Source: Phoronis australis (Eukaryota > Animalia > Phoronida). From it: a DNA stretch of 64,000 nucleotides. The DNA lies in NCBI GenBank assembly GCA_002633005.1, contig NMRA01000284.1, forward strand, positions 491,518 through 555,517, written 5' to 3'. Made by a program: the position numbers and the translations under genes. Shown here piece after piece: positions 23,701 to 36,406 of this stretch (positions are counted from its first letter, which is position 1; the number at the start of each line of letters is the position of its first letter). The notes below the pieces were generated by a model that searched no databases, had not been told where the DNA came from, and saw only the letters and a list, made by a program, of their open reading frames with translations.

Positions 23701-26561
23701 CACTGTTTCATACCTGGTTCCAGGGCACAATCTTTCAAAAACTGCAAAATTTAGCAAAAGAGAAAAGCACATTATTAGTAAAACAACGGTGTCAATAACA
23801 ATATCGAATTTCATTTGATAAAAATATTTCAGAAGTGGTATCAGAAACACTGTTAATAATCTAAAATATGATCATTTCATTTTCAATTTGTGAATGACGT
23901 TTAAGCCCGGATGTTGCCTCTTGCGTCAGGCCACATGCCATGAGGTGCTGTCTAAACCAATGCATGAAGCACGATAGAGGTAACTGTCGTTATTGATAAC
24001 ACTTTGGTCTTCACCTGTTACCACTGTTTGGTGTCCATTTCGTTGTAATAGACTTCAAGTGTTGCCTGCATTTTAGTTGTACCCTTGGTTCTACTCATGT
24101 ATTAATGCTTGGGCCGTGATGACGCACATTTACTCTAATGAATAGATCTGCCCATTTGTCAATTGTATTTACATTTTGCTTGGACTAGATGTTTGTTATT
24201 TTTCTTGCTTGTGCTTTCGCGTTGACGCTAACGCACTTTCTAATCCCGCCCAACAATTGCCCTAACATACCAGGAAAGACGGCATGAATTAANGTGATGA
24301 CGCACATTTACTCTAATGAATAGATCTGCCCATTTGTCAATTGTATTTACATTTTGCTTGGACTAGATGTTTGTTATTTTTCTTGCTTGTGCATTCGCGT
24401 TGACGCTAACGCACTTTCTAATCCCGCCCAACAATTGCCCTAACATACCAGGAAAGACGGCATGAATTAATCCAAAGGACGTTCAAGGTCACAAAATATG
24501 TGCTGAATGGTGTTATTTGAATTCAGCTGGAGGTGCCACAACCAGATGGAGATCAACAATGGTTCTCGTGACCGATTTCTATCGGCGTAGAGACAAGGAA
24601 TTTTCAATTGATCTCCGAGTGGCAAATTGAAAATTGTTGATTTGTCGATTGTTTGAAAAGTTCATTAATACAGGTTTTTGTCTATTTACGCGGTATAACC
24701 GTACCTCAACGATACGCTGTGAACCTCGGATAACCAAAACGGATGACGAAGGATTTAAGACGAAAATTATGTAGGTGAACTAACGTTGTTTCCGTTTAAT
24801 GCCACTATATATTTTGGATGCAGCCCGGCACTGTGAAGGTTCTCAAGTTCTGACACTCAATGATACGGAAAATGAAATGTTTTTAAAAAGACCCTATTTG
24901 ACCAAGTGTTCACAACTCCGACTGAAAAGAAAGCTAGTTAGATCAAAACTGGTTTCAAGATTTATGATACCAGAAACCTCAACAGCAGCGGAACAGCAAA
25001 ACTTTAGTGGCGGTAACCACTTTGTTTGCCTCCTTTCCAGAGGCACAGGCTCTTCGAAGAACTAGTGTCAAACAGGCATGTGCTTCCAAATTCCCGAATA
25101 TTTTGCTCGAAATCGCCGTTCTGAACCTCGTGTCATGAAAGTTTGAACTTTTAGCTTTCGAACTAATGGGGTTTAGGACTTGTGTTGATCTTCGAAGTTG
25201 AAGACTTAAATACCGTGAATTTATACCTTAGGTCATACCTTTCCTCATTTCTAGTTTTCATTTGAGGACATACAGGATTTACTACTTCGGACGTGTTGAT
25301 TTCCTTTTAACGTCATTGTAGATTTTTAGCGACTTGGCCATTCGTAGATCCACTGGACTGTGGCTGACTAGTATACCATTAGCATGCAGGATCTGACGCT
25401 GAGAACAGTGACATGGTACGAAATGTGCTGCAGTACCACTTCCACTAATAACACCAGAGACAAAAGGTACGGTGCTGCTAAGCTGTAAATCTCCTGGAAG
25501 TTACTTGTTTCGACTGCATGTGAGTTTGTTTAACATAGAAAAGTAAAGTGAAACATGAACTCGCCAGTCATTCAGGCATCTCTTTTTTCATTTACACTCT
25601 TTCTCACCTGGTTTCAGCTCACATTCTCTCAAAAATCATAGTATTTAGCAAAAGACAGAGCTCATGGATAGTAAAACAGCGGTCACAATAACAAGGTCGA
25701 ATTTACTTAAATGCTAAATTTTCCAGAAGTGATCTAGGAAATACTCTTCATGTTCTAAAATATGATCACTTCATTTTCGTTTTGGGAACTACGTTTAAAT
25801 ATTGGTATTTCAATGTTTTACATAAATGTTTTGAAACAGCTATTTCTGAGATGAATTTAAATATTCAAACTGAGAGAGAAATATAGAGGCGTTTTTAGGA
25901 TCATACAGGACCTGAACAAGCAGCACCCTGACCTCGCTACCACTGGAAGAGAACCTAAGATGTCGCCGATAACCGACACAAAATAAAACAGGAGACGGAA
26001 AGGTAAAAAAGACCCGTATGTTGCATTTCCGTGAGAGCACACGCGGTGAGATGCTGTCTTTCCAGATACATGAAGGACGATAGTGCTGATTAAATTATGT
26101 TATTGATAACATTTAGGTCTTGCATTTACAGCTCTCCACCGGTGACAACTGTGTGGTTTCCAGATTATTGTAATAGTTCTTATAGTCGGTGGGCCAGAAT
26201 TTGTAGGGCCTCTAGAAAATGGTTTTTGTGAGTACTTTAGGGGGGCAATTTTATTTTGGTGTTTTTTAAATCATTTATTAGAGTGTTTTCAAAATCTAAA
26301 AAGTTCCCACATATAAAGTTGCACATTTTTGAGAGATTTGAGTTTGAAATTACCTAATAATCACCAAAGAGCTTAGTAAACTTATATTTGTAAAAACAAC
26401 AGTTTTGGTGACTTTTTTGTAAAACAAGTAATATGGTCCCACATTGTATTGAACAATATTCCACTCACATTACAAGTTTTACTATTAAGGGTTGACTGTA
26501 GTTTTGTTGTACTCTGGGTTGTACTCAAGTATTAGTGTTTGGGTGTAATGACGCACATGTA
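14310..26561. repeat. Old, diverged tandem array with ~1.9-2.1-kb unit (about 6-7 full or partial units, with internal deletions and insertions)
   Basis: Landmark atgagatgctgtcttacccgatacatgaagg recurs at ~14330, 18064, 18900, 19256, 20329, 22227, 23940 and 26047. Other modules keep the same order (taatcccgactaacaattg; ggataaccaa.acggaagaa; gaaggttcacaa; tggctgactagtataccatt; tcaataacaagatcgaattt). Confidence 0.9.
14695..14765. repeat. (TAT)n microsatellite
   Basis: Directly visible. Confidence 0.9.
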
Positions 26562-27169
26562 NATGTTTCTGTGGTGCTTTAAGCGACTGGTGTATAGGAT
26601 GTGCTTGTATTATGAAGATTACTCACATTTTGCCCCTATCCTATTGAGGAGACAATGACCAAGCCTTTCCATTTTGCAAAGTGTGCCCTCTACTGGCCAC
26701 TTTATGGTACCAATAAACAACCCTAGAAGGATATCGTATGCGGTGCAATTGTGGGCGCATTTCAACGCTCCGCGTTGCTCTTGTTAGGTAATTCTATCAA
26801 TATGGTGAACCTTTAAAGGCTGTGCAATAGACGGAACATTTGGTGATACCATATTATGGATGACTGTGACATCTCACGGTAACGGAGAAAACTATATGTT
26901 CAAGCCTTCTGAGTAATTAGAAAATACCATATGTGTAGTCTCCCTGTCAAGAATCAGTTCCTTATCTCTTTCTGTGTTCCAATGCATAGCACGCACCGAC
27001 TGGTGGAATTTGGACATGTTCAATATCTCATATCTTTATGTGTTCAAGCGTTTTATAAATTTTTTATAAATTTGAAGGTACTCTGTGTACTGTTTTGAGG
27101 CTCATTATTGTAAATCGACCATAAGACAACGTGTTTACCTGTTTTGATGTCACCGGAATGAAATTTCCA

Positions 27170-28050
27170 ATGTCATTGCCTGTGGTATGAATGAATCCGA
27201 TATCAAGTTTCCTTCTACATTCCGCACACGCGATCGTGCAGTTTGTAATAGGGTTTTTATTTTAAAATACTGTTAGTATTTGTTAAATTTTGTTCAATAT
27301 ATCAAAATGTTAATTTTAAGTTAAATTTTGTTCAATATATCAAAATGTTAATTTTAAGTGTGAGTTTTACACGGTCAAATTTTGATGTTGTTTACATTTA
27401 CTCAAAATATATCTGCAATAAAAATTATCGTATCCCTTCATACTAGCATGTTTCTATCTAGTATCAACCAAGCATTCGCCTGGGTTTATGTTGGAACAAA
27501 GGATGCATGTGGTGGACTGGACGTTCTGGGTTCAACACGAAGTGATTGCCGCCAAATCCTTCGAAATGTTCGTTGGTTACTAAATAAATGTCACACGAAG
27601 GATATTCCACTGGACGACATCAATAACCCGATTCTGTACACAGTTATCAAAAAGGTTCACGGAACAGCCATAACATTGTTTAATATACATAGCAGGATAT
27701 CGGGCAAAGGACACAGCAAAGTACTAACCTATTTTGAAGTCTTTGCCTGTGGTATGAATAAATCCGATATCACAATTCCTTCTAAAATACGTACATTGAC
27801 GAGTAAGTCACCGTGTCCATACAACACGCAGTCGTGCAGTAATAGGGTTTTTATTTGGAAATAGTTTTAGTATTAGTTAACTTTTGGTAAATCTATGGCC
27901 CAAATTTGATGCTGTTGTCTTACATTTACTCAAAATATTTCTCCAATCAACCTTGTTGCCCACTTCCTACCCATGATTCTATCGAGTACCAATAATACAA
28001 TCACACTTGTACATGATGCTAAAAAGCAAGCATGTGGTTGACTGGCGCTG
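27170..28050. repeat. Diverged tandem duplication (~570-bp spacing) plus an exact 38-bp tandem pair at ~27282-27358
   Basis: ttgcctgtggtatgaat.aatccgatatca at ~27176 and ~27743; ttacatttactcaaaatat at ~27392 and ~27920. Confidence 0.7.
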
Positions 28051-28093
28051 TGATTATCGTCAAAACACAGTAAAAGCGCTTTGGTTAATATAA

Positions 28094-28126
<33 letters not shown>
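28094..28126. repeat. (AACGGC)n hexanucleotide microsatellite
   Basis: Directly visible, about 5 units. Confidence 0.9.
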
Positions 28127-28439
28127 ATAGGAAACCTTTGTGAATGCTCGTTTTTTAAATGTCCTATCTGCCTCCCATTTTAAAATCAATGAGGGTAGGA
28201 AGAAACAAACTGCTACGCAAAATGGCACCTTTGCAGTCATCAAGACCATCTGGGTAAATTTTAATGTTTCCCCCTCTTAAAAATGTTTCCCCCTCTCATT
28301 TGAACTCAGCAAGGAGTTGCTTTCAGAAGAATAAAACGAGAGCGCTCGGAGGAGCGACACTTGGCGGAATTAATCGAAAGACGACAATGGGGAGGACGAC
28401 GACAATCATGACGATCAAGGCGACAATAATGAATAACAC

Positions 28440-29770
28440 GGTAACATTCATGTGACTAGCGAAGAAATCAAGTAGAGAGCATATAATGAACTACAATAAA
28501 GATCAATAGATAGCGCAACATGACGGACGAGCCATGCTTTGTTCCCGCTATCCAAAATAGGTGGCACTATGTGACAGTCTGCAGAGCAAAGTTATGTTTA
28601 CAATAGTATTTCGCCTGGAATTCCAGTCTACAGTACGACAGTGTTACCTGGGTCAGTCGGGGTCAAAACTCTCTGTTAACTTGTGCAGACATAACCAAAA
28701 CAAAGTGAACTGAAAGCCAGCNGACGGACGAGTCATGTCTGTTCCCACATTCTAAAATAGGTGGCGCTATGTGACAGTCTGCAAAGCAAAGTTATGTTAA
28801 CAATAAGTATTTGCCCTGGAATTGTACAGTCTACAGAGAGCTATGCCACAGTAGGACAGTGCTGGCTGGGTCAGTCTGGGTCAACTAGGCATAACCAAAA
28901 CAAAGCCAGCCAGCTGCGTGACCGAATTGGAACAACGGTATCTGTAAATCTCGAATAAATCAAAAAGTAGACGTCGTAGCGCAAAATGGATAATATCTTC
29001 TGAAAGCCCGTTCAAAACTCTATCTAAAATGGTAGTTTGGCAAACACGATAACATTCATGTGACTAGCGACGAAATCAAATAGAGAGCATACAATCAACT
29101 ACAATAAAGAACGATAGATGGCGCCACATGACGGTCCAGTCTACAGTAGAACAGTGCTGGCTGGGTCAGTCTGGGTCAACTAGGCATAATCAAAACAAAG
29201 TGAACTGAAAGCCAGCCAGCTGTTTGTGATCGAAGGAACAACGGTATCCGAAAATCTCGAATAATTCAAAAAGTAGACGTCGTAGCGCAAAATGAAAATT
29301 ATCATCACTGAAAGCCAGCCAGCTGCGTGTGACCGAAGGAACAACGGTATCCGAAAATCTCGAATAATTCAAAAAGTAGACGTCATAGCGCAAAATGGAA
29401 ATGATCATCTGAAAGCCCGTTCAAAAGTGTATCTAAAGTGGTAGTTTGTCAAACACAATAACATTCATGTGACTAGCAAAAAATCAAATAGAGAGCACAC
29501 AATCAACTACAATAAAGAACAATAGATGGCGCAACATGACGGACGAGCCATGCTTTAAAATAGGACAGTGCTGGCTGGGTCAGTCTGGGTCAACTAGGCA
29601 TAACCAAAAAAAAGTGAACTGAAAGCCAGCCACCTGCGCGCTTGCATAGGGACAACGGTATCCGAAAATCTCGAATAATTCAAAAAGTAGACGTCGTAGC
29701 GCAAAATGGAAAGTATCTTCTGAAAGCCCGTTCAAATCTCTATCAAATGTGGTAGTTTGGCAAAAATCCA
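28440..29770. repeat. Young tandem array, ~400-bp unit with internal rearrangements
   Basis: aacattcatgtgactagc at 28443, 29051 and 29460; aacggtatccgaaaatctcgaataattcaaaaagtagacgtcgtagcgcaaaatg repeated four times; N at 28722. Confidence 0.9.
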
Positions 29771-30465
29771 AAAAATTTTCGAGAAAATTGAAAATTTGCC
29801 GTTTTTTTGAAATTCAAAGTCAAAAAACACGAAAACGGTAAGTCTGAGAAATACGCTCTCCTAGACTTTTTGAAAGGCCATACTTGAAGGAATCCACATG
29901 CAAAAATTCACGTCATTTGCTCTTCCCATAAAAAATGCGACAACACAGCGATTGAAACCGTGTGAACATACCCCACAGCCGCCATCTTGGAAGTAACTTC
30001 CGGTCAAATAAATTTTTATAAAAGCTTATTAATCTCAACGAACACCTGACCAGTTTGAAAGTGATTGGTTTGCAATTGCGCCCTCTACAGGAGAAAACGT
30101 TTTTAGCCATATTTCGGGGTGCGCATGCGCCACGCCCAATATTTCCGCCATCTTTAACTGTAAGTCAAAGATTTTCTGCACAGTTGTAGCACATGGGTTT
30201 TAGTATAATCGCACCAATTTTGAGCCATGTAGGTGGAAAAATGCGGCCTCTACGAGTATTTGACTGTGAAATCGGATACAAAATGGCCGCCACGTCCGCT
30301 TTTTTGTATCCGATCATGACCAAAAACAACAGGGTTCCAGTACATCCTAATCTACATGTTCTGTGCAAATTTCGTGACAATCGGACCAGAATTGCGACCT
30401 GTAGAGAGCGAAAAACCAAAAAAAAAAAAAACGAACTTGCTGTCAGACCAACATACTTGGCGGTT
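29770..30465 (+). mobile_element. Non-coding dispersed repeat with YY1-like motifs (Helentron-associated/MITE-like); related end at ~31740-31940
   Basis: ccgccatcttg (~29980), aaaatggccgcc (~30280) and an end motif aacatacttggc; 31750-31935 has aaatggccac..gcgccatcttg and acttggcaaaattt...cgccaa. Confidence 0.45.
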
Positions 30466-33400
30466 TATGTTCTTGCCAGTCCCGACGACTGCGACGGGCG
30501 TGATCGGGTTCAGAGCCACTGGCTGGGAGAACTCTGTGTTTAGAACTCAAAAAATCACAAGTCTAAACAACACAGATCTATAGGTTCTCCTGTCTGTATT
30601 TCACGAAGAATACTTCGAATTTATCTCCGAACAGACCCCAAACTCTTGCTACGTACCTTGGTAAATTGGCCTGCCGAACATTGTAGACTACGGTGTGTCC
30701 AAATACCAATAAATCCGAAACAGCAAAATAAAACAACACGTGTTTATAAGAACTCGGTGTATTTTTAAGGGTTTTACATCGAAGTTTGATGATTTACTGG
30801 TGTTAAAGGATGAATTCAAGCGATAAGTTGACACCAGTAACCTGTGTTGTGAAATGCTGAACAGACTGCTTGTGAAACCAATGACATCATTGGATAATTT
30901 CAACACCTCCGTCTGCCGTCAGGTGTCAGGTAACGCAACCCAGCGTGCCGTTATCGAGTAGAACTACTCGATCTAAATTGATACAAAATAGGTAGTTCTT
31001 TGGGTGGCATTCTCCTTTAACTCTTGAAATTCGCGTCGATTTTCATCGGGATTTTTGCTTTACGACAAAAACGTAACTATGTGCACGATGGTCACCTGTT
31101 GCTCTCATTTTGAAACAGGAAAAAACGAAGAAATTTTACAGTTCACACACGAGCTCACAACACCTATGAGAACGGATTACTTAGAATACTGTGGCACTGA
31201 GTAAATTGACGGATTCATAAATTCGTGAAACTTGTTACGTTCTCAGGAATTTCAACTTCGGTTTACTGACATTCCACGCTAATTTCTGTGTATTTACTTT
31301 GAAATTATAACTGTAAATAAAATTCAAAGCAAAGGAAACCGCTTTACCGCATAGCAATACTAAAAGTTATTTCAAACTCGGCTGATCTGACCAAAGCGAC
31401 CTCTGCTAAAACTTCACCGATATTTATGGAGAGAGCAAGTACGGAGGTCAAAATTTTATGAAGATTTGGAATTTTCAATTAGATAAATCCATCAGATGAG
31501 CAAAAAAAAGGAAAACAGACGTGTTGTTTCGTTAGGCAACTCTTATCTTAACGCCACCAGCTAATGTGTAATAGCGTGAAATCACCTGTTACTGGCCAAA
31601 TAAAGGCATATGGCTTACTCAGGAATTTCAACCGACGCGAAAATAAGGGGAGGATTTTCGGGCTGGTCTATCACGACCAAAACACGTTATGTTTGAGAAG
31701 TTTCGGTCAATAAGGATCGCGGAGCTAGAGCTCCACAAGCACTATTCGAAAAATGGCCACCACAGCGCCATCTTGCATCCCAACATATCACCCACAAACC
31801 AGAAACAATAGGCTTCAAGCTATTCGCAATACTCGTTTCGCATAAATTCTGCCCTGATTGGGAAGAAAGAAAGAAACAAAAAAATTTAACGACAAAGCAA
31901 GACTTGGCAAAATTTCACTGACTTCGCCAACTAATAAAATTTCATTTATCAGCTAATTGTCCCAAATTGGTGAGATTTAACAATGATTACCACTGTACAT
32001 TATCTTTAAGAAATTAAATTACAAAATGCATCATCACAGCTTCTCGGCAGCTTAAGATGGCTAAAATAATTACAGATGAAATAATTACAGATACGTTATC
32101 AAAAACCTGTCAATTGTTTGCACATTACCTACCATAATAGGATTCTTGCTTTTCTCCTTCATCTTATTCTCCTTTCTAGAAAACAAGAAGCAACCGTGGC
32201 CAGGCACATACATAGGTGAATTCAGGGTTGGCAGCAGGGCCACCCGGCCTGTACTCTGAAGCCATATGCGAAAAGAAAATACATCATTCGCTATAGTTGT
32301 CAACATTCCAAAAAACAGGACAACGATGATGATTGGGATCTAGGGGGGACCCCATAATGTACTATTTTTAAATATTGGTGAGCACCATAATTGCTGGATT
32401 ACATGAGCTTATCAAATGAATGCAGACACGGACAGAAATTTTATTTGCCGGGGTCGGAGCTGCAGCCGTTGACCCAGTGCAGACCGATCAAGACCACTCA
32501 CACTGACAAAAGACGAAGGCATGCCGTCCCCGGATGTTTTACCGGAATAACTGGTTCAAATCATGAATGCCGTATACATACAAAGATAGTTTCCGACACT
32601 TGTATAAAGTTACAGACTAGTAACAGTCCTGCGCCAACGACTGAATAACAACCGGGGCCGCCGGACTATAGCGGATTAGGTGAAGCGTGTTTTACTGGGT
32701 TAAATTAACTCTGGTAATCAAACAGGATAAACGGAACGAGTATGCAACATCAACTTACTGAATAAAATTGCTATACAGTTAGAATATCCTGACAGTTAAA
32801 CTTGCGAAAATATGGAAAATAAATTAAATTTAACCTTGTCGTCTACAAGACCTAAGTTCGTTCTGTCCCGGCCCTGAATGAGTGAAATTCCCGTGACAAA
32901 GAGATGCTCGTAACGCTGCAATATATTCCCATCGCCGACACTCGGTTCATTGAGTAAAATTCATTACACTCCCCCTCCTCCGGTTTGCGGCACGGAATTT
33001 TTATATTTAGACAACGAAGGTATATATTGTAAGTTTGTTTTTGCGAGGTTTGAAAATATATTTTCTCTGATAATTGAAAATCAAAGCCAATTTAGCAAGT
33101 GATTATTTTCCCGGCGAAGAGTCACGGCAACTGCAGGCCGCGGCCAGGAATTACCGCCGGTTACTGTGTTCTGGCAGAAAAATCAAGCACAGAAGTGGAG
33201 CTCACTGTTTTGAAATAAAACTTGTTTTTGTTTGTCAAAACATCGCCATATGTGGGTGTTTTTTTTTCTGTTTTCCATTTTAACGGCCAGTAATGCCGGT
33301 GCCGATTTGCTGCCAATTACGCACTGCGCTCACACGTCCGGGTAGTCATCGTGAAACGGCAACTGCTCACTTCAGGCTGGTACTTTGCATCAATTTCACG

Positions 33401-33999
33401 ATATGGCGATAAAGATAAGACATTTGTTGATCAAGAAATTTTTTTCCTCTAATTTATTACCTAAACGGGTACTGTTGCTAATTTGACGTTCCTTCGCCAT
33501 GAGTCAGAGCTGACCTCACAGCTGAGCGTTGGCTATGCCGGAGACTTTGCGACGGTACTTAACAAACATATGATTATGCATTAAATACCATTCGTCATAT
33601 GCAAAGAACAGGTGAAATTAGGACAACAAACAATCAAGTTTGTATAAAAAGAACCAAAATGGGAATTAAAAACAACCAAACAAAGTAACAACACATTTAC
33701 ACTCACGGTGATGTCAATACGTTTTCAAGGACAATATGGCTGGCATTCAGGAATCGTTCCTGAACTGACACACAGAACTCAGGTCACGGAAATAGATGGG
33801 AATAGTCGATGATTTTCCGATCTCCGCTGAGGCACAAAATTGTGCTAATTAGGCTTTTAGTTTGATAAGAGAAAGGATGCGAACATTTTGCCATGTTACA
33901 TATTACTTAATTTGGTATATATATTTAAGCTTTTGAACTAGAATGCCCTTTGAGATAAGGACTTTAAGAACTCTAAAGATACAAAGGCAAACATAAACC

Positions 34000-36230
34000 T
34001 GAAACTGCCATTAGGAAACTCAGCGGTAGTTGAATCTGTCTGCCCTGAAGTTAATTGGAATACAATTGCAAAATTTTGAAAACATCTTGCAAGAGGTTTA
34101 GAAGGCACAGCCGTAGATGCGAAAAAATATCACTAGGGGGCACCACAGTAATTGGACCTGTTTGCAAACCCATGTCAGTTATGCTTTGGTCAGTAGGAAC
34201 ACATCTGCCAAATTTCACAATGGTCCTATGTGCAGTTTGGCAGATACTGAAACAGACGACAAAAAAACAGACTAAAAAGTAATTAAAATGGCCACTAGTT
34301 GGTGTATAATACATCAAATTCATCACAAAAAGGAAAGATGATGTTGTCTCCATAATAGAAATTTTTTTACCAAATATCCTGAAAAAGCATCCAGGAACTC
34401 TGAACTTCTAGTTAGAGAGGCAAAATTGTCATGGAGCACTGCTGTAGTTGGATTGGTCTGAATCTCGCTGTCATCATAGGAACACACTCTGCTAAATTTC
34501 ACAAAGCTTGTACAAAATAAAGGAGACACAGTTGTGGATGGAAAAAAATAAAATTGCCACTAGGGGATGCCAGAGTAGTCGAATACGTCTGAAAATCAGA
34601 ACGTCAGCCTCATTCTTCTCATCAGGAACACATGCATCTGAAAATGAGAAGCACCGTCGTCTCCATAGGCGGATTTAGGGGGGGCCCGGCCCCCCCCTTG
34701 GCTGCCGCAAAAAAAATGAAACAGCAAGAGCGTAGGGAAATGTTGAGTTTAATAATTAACCCCGGTAATTAAAATTATATGGATGAAACAACATTTAAAT
34801 GTGTGCAGTTTTAGTGTTTGGGGGGGCTCAGATCCAATTTCAAGTGTCAAATTCGGAACACGGCTTATTCGTAACGGAACTATGGCTAAGTTTAGGCTCT
34901 CCCGCGATATCCCAGGCGACCAGCAGTGGCGCTGCGCACTACGACTCCGTTTCCGTCGTCTGCTCCACTGTGCAATGAAGAAAACTTACTTCATTTTTAA
35001 AGAAAATGGAACTTGAGTGACGATGAAAAAACAGAAGCTGCTGGTAAGATGTGAATTTTAATCGAAGCCTTAGTGAATCACTCAGAAACTCATAATTCTC
35101 TCTTTGTTAAACCTTAACTTAAGATGATTTCCAAAGCAATCCCGTCATTATTGCCAACACGAAAAACGGATTTGGTCTTTTGGGCATTTGGAGACTATTT
35201 TAAATACAACAAAAATTTGTTAAGAACCGATTGCACAAAATATAAAACGTGTAATAAACATTACGAAAAGAAGTAGGTTTCGCGCGCAAACGCTGTGGAC
35301 CATAAACAAGTTAGTCTCTTAGTATAGAAGTAGTACTTAAATCGTGGTGGTGTAGTGGTAAAGCACGCTCGCTCTATTCGCCAGGTTGTGAGTTCGCGTC
35401 TCTGGTTCCTTGCACTTTTCCTGTTTGACACGTTCTCCGTTTTCTTTTCTTTTGCTTTATTTCTTGGATAATACTTCAGGAATCAAGGAAAATGCTTGAT
35501 TTTTAGAGGAAAAAACACGACCTCCCCCCATTCAGTGCTATGCGCATCTACAATCGTGGTTTGCGCAAATGCTTACAGCCGGACAAAATGTTGAGCCCCC
35601 CCCTTGCGACATCCTAGGTCCGCCACTGGTCTCCATAATAGAATCTTATTTGCAAAATTGCATCATAAGAACAGTGGCTGCTTCATGTCAAATCTATCTG
35701 AAAACGGGCACCTGTCATCATTTCTTTAATAGAAACCTATTTGTTAAATTTCATAAAACTCTGTCAAGGAGTTTCAAAGATACAGAGGACAAAAAAAAAT
35801 AAAATTGCTACTATAGGGGGCACAGCAGCAGTCTAATCCATCCAATTGTTTTCACTGCCCGTTGTCAACTTCATATAAATACACTTGCCAAATTAAATAA
35901 AGATCCTGCAGAGGACTGGGGAGATGCAGCCATAGATGCAAAAATGCCACTAGGAGGTGCCACAGTAGAACGAGTAGTACTAAAATCATTATCAGCCGTC
36001 CTCTTAACAGTAGAAACGTGAACGCACAGCATTCGTCAGATCCATCCGAAAGTCGTAGTCGTCCATTGTCAGCTTCATATTGCCAAGTTTAATAAAGATC
36101 CTGCAGAGGGTTTAGGAGATACAGCCATGGGCGCAAAGAAAGCAAAACTGCCACCAGGAAGTGCCACAGTACTCAAAGTTGTTGGAAAATCATCGTCAGC
36201 CATCCTCTTTGCACTGGGACAGATGGACAG
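34000..36230. repeat. Diverged ~130-160-bp tandem repeat whose units begin with a CTCF-like motif; interrupted by a hAT-like insertion
   Basis: (t)gccactagg(g/a)gg-type motifs at ~34005, 34130, 34290, 34555, 35806, 35945 and 36148; shared ggaacacatctgccaaatttca and agatacagccat.g modules. Confidence 0.7.
34664..35628 (-). mobile_element. hAT-like non-autonomous element with tRNA-derived cassette (35344-35410); copy 2
   Basis: Termini cataggcggat / ggtccgccactg, flanked by duplicated gtctc. A neighbouring repeat unit shows the empty site (ttgtctccataatagaa at ~34344). Inverted homology to 6231-7042. Confidence 0.8.
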
Positions 36231-36406
36231 GGATGACAGCAAAATGCGCCCACATATTTTCATGGCCAATTGTGAATTTGGGTAACTGAACTTAGGACTG
36301 TTTGAAAAAATTTCGATGACGGGAGTATTTGTTGAGTTGGAAGGAATTAAAGGCACCTGAGATGTCCCTCTATGCACAAAAGGTACTTTATTAGCAACAT
36401 GACTCA

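Noticed and set aside
14310-26561. Mitochondrial insertion (TGA read as Trp) or centromeric satellite
   Set aside because: No recognisable mitochondrial protein or RNA, and TAA/TAG stops also occur. The unit is too long and unhomogenised for a typical centromeric satellite, and the location of the CenH3 gene says nothing about centromere position.
27382-27864. 160-aa plus-strand ORF as a gene
   Set aside because: No recognisable domain, spans a duplication junction, and the frame is not evidently kept in the second copy.
35344-35410. Functional tRNA genes (also 6460-6530 and 36480-36550)
   Set aside because: A/B boxes are present but acceptor and anticodon stems do not pair, and all lie within mobile elements.
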